Shown in pieces: positions 54,432-64,000 of a stretch of DNA of 64,000 nt (positions within the stretch are counted from its first letter, which is position 1; each line of letters opens with the position of its first letter). This stretch comes from the human T2T-CHM13v2.0 reference genome, Homo sapiens, in assembly GCF_009914755.1 (NCBI RefSeq), contig NC_060940.1, one strand, 5' to 3'. A program made the translations under genes and the position numbers. The notes beneath the pieces were generated by a model, which did no database searches, had not been told where the DNA came from, and was given only the letters and a program-made list of their open reading frames with translations.

Positions 54432-56667
54432 GGTACTATTATTCTGTTTTTTATATCGGTGAAGAAATGCAGGCCTTAAAATGTCAAGAAATCTACCAAA
54501 GTTTTCTTTATTCAGGAGTGACTGAGTTGGGTTTGAACTCAGATCTGGCTGGTTCTAGAGCCCATTTGTCTGGCCCTCATCCTATTCTTCCTTTCTCAGG
54601 AGTTGAAAAGCTCCATTCAAATAAAACATCATTATTTTAGAGATGAATGCACCCTAAGATGGGGGTAATTTTGCCACATAGTTCAATTTAAGACCCCAAA
54701 ATAGGCAATTAATGATAAGCATGGCAGGAAAAAGAGATCATATGAAACTGGGAGAAAGCATTTCAGCTGATTCCTAATGGTTTATCTGTTAAAGAGAAGA
54801 GGGCATGGGACTATCAGTGATTCTTAAGCTGTTCAGGCCACAGTATCTCTCCCTGGAAGGAAGTGCATGTGTACACATCCATGCATAATTTGCATATGAT
54901 GCCAGGGGTTCTCTAATCCCTTGAGCTCCATCTTCAAGTCTTACCAGGAAGAGTAGATTCTTCTGGATCCCATAGATCTGTGAAATCCCTTCCAGCTTAA
55001 AAATTCGGTGATTCTAAAATATCTCTTCTAATAGCTACAAAAGGGAGCCTTCCATGCCAGAGGAAAGAACAGGCGCCTTTGGTCCTCAACCGTAAGCTAT
55101 CTGCAAACTGAGAAACTCAGTGGGGTCTCTCCGATATTTTAGTGTGTCTACTGAGGAGGGCTTTGTGTCAGGCTTGTTGGCAGGAACACAGGAAATGAGG
55201 ACAGGGGCATTAACAGCCTTTGTAAACAGCACCTTCAAGGTCTTCAATCACCAATTTGAGGGTGTTCACCACCAGGGTGGAAAAAAAGAGAAGAAGAGGT
55301 AAAAGCCAAACAGGAAATGCAATGAAGGGAGATGAAAGAAGATCAATAAAGGGAGAAACATTTGGTTTGAAGTCTTAACTTTAAAATAATGGAAACCCCC
55401 TGGCCACCCCCTCCAGAAAGTAATTTGGGGCATTACTGCAGGTCTGGCCCTTAGGTGTAATTGCCCCAAATTCCAGGCCCGCAGAGGTTTAGAATTCCAG
55501 GGCTTGTACAAATAATTCAGTTTGGGGATGTAGATTTATTACTACCTTTTAAATTAAAAAAAGATTTTAAGATTACTTAATGCTAAAAGAAGATACTGTG
55601 GATTTTAATTTTTTCCCTTCTTTCTGAATTAAGGAGAGGCAGAAGGAATTTTCCTTAGAGTATATGTCCAAAAGACAATGCAATGCCATATTAGAGAAAT
55701 TAATCTCTATCTGAATTTCTGGAGCGGACAGGGAATGGGATTTTCCAGGGCAAGCAATCCCTCAGATCATTGAGTGTGAGACACTGGTCCCTGTGGCCTC
55801 CTAGGTCATTCAAAATTCAACAGTCTTTGCCTAAGGAAATATGTAGCATCATCCCTAGAGATGCTAGGACTCTTGAAAAACCAAGCACTATGGGGTACTT
55901 TAGAAATTCCAGGTCCAACTGGCAGCACAGGAGTGAGTAGAAAATGAAAACACATTGCTTCTGAAGCCTTTAATTTTCTTTTAGGCATTCATTTTGTTTT
56001 TAAGATCTTGAACCAAATGCCAATTTTAGGAACACATTTTTCCTTTGTGTTTTGCACAGAGGAGAACAGAGAGTTGAAGATATTCTAGAAGGAAGGCAAA
56101 AGGATTGGAGATTTAAAAGAAGATAAGGAGACAGACACACGATTCCAATTATATGACTGAAGTGGCCATTATGTGGGGGCATGAAAGTATGAGCAATTCC
56201 AATCCCATCCCTAAATCGTTTCTCAAATTCCACCATTTAGAGAGCTCACCCTATCTCTGTAGCTTGGAGAGTCTTGAGGTGAAATGAAAATCCCAAATGA
56301 TTTTCCAAATTGTAGTTTGCAAATTAAATAGGACCAAGTCACCCTTTCTGCTAATTTTATAACAACAGCTGTGTTTAAAATTAAACACCTGTCTTTCCTT
56401 ATTATTATGGCTCAGCAAAAGAAAGAAGATCCATTATTTTGAGAAGAATTTATTTATTCATTAAATAATTTTTTTTTAAATTTACTTTGATTTGGTCTCT
56501 CATTGAAGCACTCAACCAATAGGGTGTGGACAGCATAGAATAATTTTTTTTCTCCCACATTCTCCTTTCTTTTTCATAAATGTAGAATTCTAGGCAGAAA
56601 GTGAATCCCTGTAAAATTTTAGGCACACAGTCAGAATGACAAAGAGATATTAATAAATGCCATTGCA

Positions 56668-57082
<415 letters not shown>

Positions 57083-57377
57083 CTAAATTACTTATCTCCT
57101 CTGTCTAAATCCTAGTGATTTATAAGTCTTAATTTTGTAGATATTCCCCCATGATTCCTCTCCTCTGGGACCTCATGCTTTCTTTACATTCTTCTACTTG
57201 GGCCACAGTTTCTATGGTCACCAGGTCACAGAGCACTAACTGTCACCATAAACCATTGAGATTGTTACCTCTATCTTGGGCCAATTTGAGGGAGGCCAGC
57301 TTTTATCAGAGCTGTACATCATACCTGCGCACACATAGGGCAGTAAGTTGGGGAAGCTCCCATCAAAAACCCACTGA

Positions 57378-57550
57378 CCACTGGTTCTCAGTCATGGTGG
57401 CCCGCTAGACTTATCTGGGGACTTCTAAAAAATACCACTGTCCAGTCCTCACTTCCAGACTTTGAGATAATCTGGTATTTCTAAGCATCAGGATTTTTTA
57501 AAGTTCCTGGTAGATTCTACATTGCAACCAAATTCAAGAAATACTATCTT
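57378..57550. mobile_element. MER5-type hAT element
   Basis: ctggttctca...tttttaaagttcctggtagattctacattgcaaccaaattcaagaa. Confidence 0.65.
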
Positions 57551-59573
57551 AGAGTCTTTATCTTTTTTGATTGCAGATTTCTTTCCTGCTCCATTGACAG
57601 AATTAATGTAGCTCCAAATATGGGAAAACTTCTATGCACATTTCTTCTGCAAACTTCTGAGACTGGAAATTTTAATAGCCATCAAATAACCTCCCTTTTC
57701 CTCACCTTCCTGCCCCCAGCCTGGAAAAGCTGCCCATAGGGTTATTTATGAAAGTGGAGTCCATGCCGAGATGCAAATTGCAACTGTGTCCGTAGAACCA
57801 AATCAGCTCTTTTAACAAAATGTGTGCTCTTCTCTGATTCCCTGAAATCTGTATCAAAACCCAACTCCTCAAATATTTTGATGGGATTTGGCACCAACAT
57901 AAGATTCCTCTCCTGCTGCGGTTCGGTGCCTGGGTTCTGTGGTGTCTGGAGGCACCTTTGTAGGTAGTCTCGGTCTTCGTCAGCCGGCAATTAAATCAGT
58001 GCCGAAGAGGCTTCATGTTCAGAACCTGAACTATGTGATGTTTTAAGAAATGATTGTTCAAGCTTAGTGGGAGTGGGAGAAATCTGATGTTTAATTGTAG
58101 GAAATTTCACATGAAAGGCATTCAGCAAACTCATAAGGCTCTTCCTTCCAAAACTCTCTTCTTTATGCCAGGTGCAAAGTGGCTTTAACACTCAGAGGCA
58201 AAGTATCTCTTACACCATAAAACACTGTTCTGGGTAAACATGAAGTGGTTTACTAGAGAGAGTGTAAACTTCCCAGAAAGATTAGATAATGGCTCCTCAG
58301 CAGGTGCAGCCTCAGACATCTATGGCCATGGATGGAAAATCTCTGCATGACTTGATTTAAACAGCAACTATGAAGCCCTCTCTTCAAATTAGGAAAGAGA
58401 TATAGGAAACAAGAGAATTGGATCTAAATGTAGGGTTTCATTTGATCCTCGGATACCTTGCAGATTCTAAGATCTATTTAAACACTGAAAAAATCTAAGA
58501 GCATGATGGCAAGTGAATTTGCAAGTGAAAAGTGCAAATGACACAGTTAATAACCATGGAAGAACAACGCCAGCTGTAGCACACTCTTTGGCCTTGCAAG
58601 TTCTCAGTCATGAAAGATGCAGAAAGTGGAGGATGCAGTTTTGCTCACTTGCAAATGATTGGGTTCAATATGAATAGGCTATGCATTGAAGCTCTGGCAG
58701 ACAATGCAGGTTAAAACCGTGCCTTTTGCTCTGCCTGGATTTCCATGACCTTTGAGTAGACTTCTGGGGCAAATGATCCAACTCCCTAACCCCTCACCAT
58801 ATACAGGATCTCTACCGGAACCTCTGTTTAGATGAAAATGCCATCTTTCATGAGCATGAGAATTTAATCCAGTAAAATAGCTCTGCAAAATGACTGCACT
58901 CAGCTTTGATTACTTCCTTCTGATTTCCTTTGGCATTCTGCTCATTTGGGATGAGTAGAAGGAGTGACCTATTCTGTGTGAAAGATGTGGTTAAAGAAGT
59001 AGGAGAAGAAAGGGAAAGACACATTCTCCAACTTAGAAATTACTGCTGTCACTGTATTTTAAAAAATATAAGCAGTGGTATAAATTGAAGGCAAGAGGGG
59101 CTAAAATTAACTTAAAAATGCAGCAACTCTTTGAGAAAACTGAAGGTCTTTTTTGGCACTGGGGAATCAATATTCTACAAAATAATTGTTTATCTATCTG
59201 AACATTCTGATTTGAATTCATAGCAATGTTATCTTTTCATTTTTCTTTATAATATTTTAAAAGAGGTACCTAACCATTTGCGTAGAACAAAACATAAACA
59301 GAACAGAATGGTACGCAGTTAAAAGTAGGTGACTTCCCATGCATATCCTCCAGGCATTGTCTTCCATCCCAAGAACAAGCACCTGTATCTTGAAATCCAG
59401 GCTGAGAGCATGGGGCTAGATACAAAATCCATGCCAGGGTATTCAGATTGCTGATGACACACGATGGGGCAGCTTATGAGGTCATTCCACAGCCCAAGGA
59501 GAGAAGCAGTATTATTTATGGTGTGCCATGAGTCTTATATTTGACACCACATTTGACTCCATCAATACCATGT

Positions 59574-59690
59574 CAGGACCAGCTACATAATTTGTGGGAC
59601 TCAGCGCAAAAAACATAAGAATTTTAAGATGGTGCCAGAAGAGCACTAAACTATGATTGCATGGGTCCACATGTCCACAAAGCCTACCTG
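59574..59690. mobile_element. MER45A-like hAT-Tip100 fragment
   Basis: caggaccagctacataatttgtgggactcagcgcaaaa...aagaattttaagatggtgccagaagagcactaaac. Confidence 0.65.
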
Positions 59691-60945
59691 AAGCACATAC
59701 TGGGGGAGTATTATCCCCAGTGAACAAATGAGGGAATGAGGCCAACAGAGGCAAAACGACTTGCCCAAGATTGTTTGGCCAATGGGAGTCACATTCACAC
59801 CAGACATATTGGACCCCCAAAACGGCAGCGTGTCTGCAATCTTGACTGGCTTAGCCCTTCAACTTTTCAAGAACATCTTCCTGGGTCACAGGGGCAAATC
59901 ACCATGCCATAATGTCCGTATGGTACTCTTAGAAAAGAGTCCACTTGAGGAACGTTTAGGATGACCAGCACATTATGATAATTCAAACCAAATTACAATC
60001 CTTATCTTGGATTATGAAATACCATTCAGAGTGAGATTTCATAAGATGAATCGGGCTTATTTATAATAAGTATGTCTAGTCAAAATAGGAGAACTACTTA
60101 ACATTATAATTAAAACCGATACATATCTAGTTGAAAAACTATCCGGTCCCTAAAATACTTCCACAGGAGACGGTTACATACTTTGGCACAGAATCCCCCT
60201 GTCACTTCCAAAACACTGACTTTTTTATTCTGAAGGGGAGATTTTAAATTTTCCCACAATATCATATCAAACAAGAGTCCAGCATTATGCATTCAATGAG
60301 CCTCAGCACGCAGCAGCCCCGACATCAAACGCACTTGTGTTGTAAGTTGAGACTCAAGGAAATATTTATTTATTTAAAATATTTTTGTCCATAAGTTACA
60401 CAAACAGCAATATTTTATTTCACTGTGTTTTAAAACAGCCCTGTAGACAGAAATCCTACAGACCCCGTCTATGATCATGCTTACATCTGTAGACAGATTT
60501 AATTATCTTTTCTTTAAAGTCAGATACCTACTGACAATTTTACATATGAACCTAGTTCACTTGGAAGTGGGCGGGAGAAACCAACTATAGAAAATCATAC
60601 AATCTTTTTGCATTATATTCATTATTTTCTCCGTAAATTTGGCCAAAAGCACAGCAACTCTCCTGATGGCAGATACGGAAGTGGGAACCAGTGGCAGACA
60701 GAGCTGTATGGGTATTTTCAAGGAGACCCAAGCAGGGCAGATGCAGGTGGCTGGATGATGACATGGTTACTACTGGGAGAGATTGGAATCATCTCTTACA
60801 AGTGGTCCCATTTTCAAAATCTTCAAAGGAGGGGTTTTTACAGTGTCACTGCTGATTACTTAAGGTATCGAACATTCGTCTTTAAGACCAACTGAAATCT
60901 TTCAGTGTTTTTTTCTGACGTCTTTTATTTTGAAATAATTGACAT

Positions 60946-61382
<437 letters not shown>

Positions 61383-61419
61383 TCCATTTATTGCTATTAG
61401 CAGTGAGCATGAGCTAGAC

Positions 61420-61575
61420 TAGTGGTTCTCAAACTATGGCCCCTGGAACATAGCAGCATCAGCTTCCCCTGGGCACCCACAGAATCAGAAACTCTGAGGT
61501 TAGGGCCCAGCAATCTGTGTTCTAACAAGCTTTCCGATAGATTCTGATGTGGACTACGGTGTGGGAAACACAGAG
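61420..61575. mobile_element. MER5A
   Basis: tagtggttctcaaact...gaatcagaaactctgaggttagggcccagcaatctgtgttctaacaagc. Confidence 0.8.
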
Positions 61576-62869
61576 CTGGAAAATGAGAACCTAATTTGGG
61601 ATGAGTTTTCTGGAGAAATAATACAATTTTGGTGACGTTTCAATTCTATCAAAGGAGAGATCCTGCCTGGCCTCAAAGCGAGACGCTTGGCCTCAGACAA
61701 TGAGGAAGGGTGCATATTCACACACTTCTCATTGTTTTTTATGTACCTTTAAAGCTGGTGTGTTCTAAAAGTAAGTATGACTTCTGGTATTAAATCAAAT
61801 GTCATGGATTCTATGACAGCTATGTCTTAAAAGTCTTGGGTCTCAACCCTCACTGTGCACCAGAATCACCTAGGGGAACATCTGGAAATAGCCAGATACC
61901 CACTGTCCCCTTAATATTCACATTTAATTGTTCTGGAATAGGACCATATCTTTTTAAAGTTTTTATATGATTCTAACGTGCATTCAAGGCTGAGGACTCC
62001 AAACTCATGGCATTCCTGCTACTATTATTTGCAAATGTTACTTGGTGCCATTTTTGGTAAAACAAAAAACAAAAAACAAAAAAACAACAAAAAAAAACCC
62101 TTGAAATTTCAGTTATCCCTTTACTGTAAAGGAGTCCTGGGCTGTGAATCTGAATTTTGTGAATCTATCTGAATATTGATGTGAAAGTTCCTTTCTCCCT
62201 CTAGGCCTCAGTTTCTCTCCCTGTCCACTGAGGATCTTGCCAACTGATGCTCTCTGGTTCTATGACCCAGTGAGTGGTCCCGAGGCTTCACAAAAGGGAG
62301 GCACACTAGAGGCTGGTGTTGGCAGTGCCCATGGACAGAGAGCCTCAGAGTAGACAGGGTTCAGTCCTTATCTGCTGCTGGCCCCAGCTGAGTTGAGCCT
62401 ATATGACACCAAAGATGCAAGTGAAGAAGGAGTGACGTAAACATCCCAGTCTCCCTCTTCTACTCAGATGTTTGGCATTAAGAATGCCCTAATAAATGAC
62501 ACATCGTTTTCTGAGACCTGGGTAGTCCCCAGCCCCTATCCCAGCAGTGCAGATTGGGGTCCCTCAATCATTCGCACCCCCAATCAGTCTTCTGTTATTT
62601 AAGATGATCCTCCTCCCTAGATGTACCATACTGAGTCCACTCAACCAAAAGCTCCCTCTGAAAGCCCCCTGAGGGAGGGACTATGTCTTAAATTTTGTTG
62701 AAGCCTTTATGAGGTGGTGTTCAGTTCCTTGCCTGCAACAAAAATGTCTGACATATTTGTTGACTTGGAATTCAAGGCAATGTGTCAACATATGAATAAC
62801 TGTTAAGTTCTGTTTTTAAAAAGAGAGTGAATGAAAATAGCTAATAAAGTTGACGACGGTGGTAAAGAA

Positions 62870-63090
62870 AGCTAATATTTGCTAAGAATAATGTGGTGCT
62901 ATGTAGGTTTACACATTTAATCTTCACAGCAAACTCATGAGGTGGGCACCGTAATCCCACACATCAAACAGGTAAGGAGATTGGAGCTCCAGAGGTTAGG
63001 GAACTTGCCCATGTCACCAAATACTAGGTGGTAGTGGGGATTCCAACCCAGCCTTCTCTGACTTCGAACTCTTACCCAACTCTGTAGCAT
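62870..63090 (-). mobile_element. MIR
   Basis: catttaatcttcacagcaaactcatgaggtggg...agaggttagggaacttgcccatgtcac. Confidence 0.8.
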
Positions 63091-63834
63091 GACTTTCCAC
63101 TTCTCTCTGTGCATTCCTATTTAACATTTTAATATAATTATAATCAACCAATATTTGTGTTTAGACTTTGTGCCAGCTCTTTGTTAAGCCCTAGAGTTAT
63201 AGAGATGGGTAAGACGAGCTTCCATCATCAGAGATTTCATAATTGTACAGGGAAGACAGACGTGTAAGTCATCAATATATATTCACGGTTAGAAATACGT
63301 GCAAAAAGAAAGGAGTCCTTAATTCTTCTTGCATTATGTTATGTGCTCTTCAAAAAAGTTGGTCAAGGAAGGTAACAGTTATCCTGTACTACAGGGGAGA
63401 ATTACTGTTACATAAAGGCAAGAATGCATACATGTATGTGCATATATGAATATCAACACATATATTTACATATGTAATATTGTATAGGTGGGCACATTTG
63501 CAATATTTCCTAAAATTTTCTGATTGTAAGAACTTGTTAAAAAAATCCCCAAATGCAACACCTTTTATCAAGTACCCTAGGAGATTATTTTGGCTCTGAC
63601 AAGTTTGGAAAACATGCATATACATAAAATGGACTTTATGTCTCCTCCTTTTATAAGTGATTATAATTTTCTGGATATAATTCTTAAGTATAATAATTTT
63701 TTTTACTGAATTCATTATTACTTGGATTTCTCAATACCGCAAGTTAAATTGTGCTGCTTGAAACATAACTACTTGTAGGTAAAATTTCAATATAATAAAC
63801 TGACAATAGAACTTTTAAAATATTCTCTCCCACA

Positions 63835-63835
<1 letters not shown>

Positions 63836-63873
<38 letters not shown>
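63836..63873. repeat. (CA)n microsatellite
   Basis: Read directly. Confidence 0.95.
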
Positions 63874-63876
<3 letters not shown>

Positions 63877-64000
63877 GATTACTTTGTTCCTAAGCAAAGA
63901 TGCTCAAAACTTGTTTGTTAAACAATTCAATGAATACAGTTAACCCTAAGCTGAACAGTAATTCTTTAAAATATCAGCATTACAAAAATAATTGCATCCA

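Noticed and set aside
57742-58191. Two in-frame minus-strand ORFs as a disrupted gene
   Set aside because: Separated by a stop, non-ATG starts, no recognisable homology or clear splice sites; kept only as a non-coding element candidate

Overview
Primate genomic DNA, almost certainly human, since it carries an AluYa5 with all five diagnostic changes. The window is AT-rich, CpG-depleted and non-coding (intergenic or deep intronic). I find no credible protein-coding exon, tRNA/rRNA/snRNA gene, CpG island or CRISPR-like array. The ORF track is explained by Alu, L1, LTR and low-complexity sequence or by chance. Much of the window is interspersed repeat: 8 largely complete Alus plus 2 monomers, three old L1M clusters, about a dozen solo LTRs or LTR remnants (MER51, MER39-like, MER66, MER65, MSTA, THE1D, MLT1, LTR16), hAT DNA transposons (Zaphod, MER58, MER63, MER81, MER45, MER5) and many MIR/L2 relics. 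Subfamily names come from my recall of consensus sequences and need RepeatMasker/Dfam confirmation. I did not find a convincing novel biological system. The best leads are (1) a young, possibly polymorphic AluYa5 nested in an MSTA inside an L1 and forming an inverted Alu pair, (2) repeat-poor islands that retain CpG and look like conserved enhancers or structured elements (about 22.4-23.0, 55.4-55.5, 57.7-58.05 and 59.8-60.7 kb), and (3) a few plus-strand splice and polyA signal sets that could be lncRNA exons.
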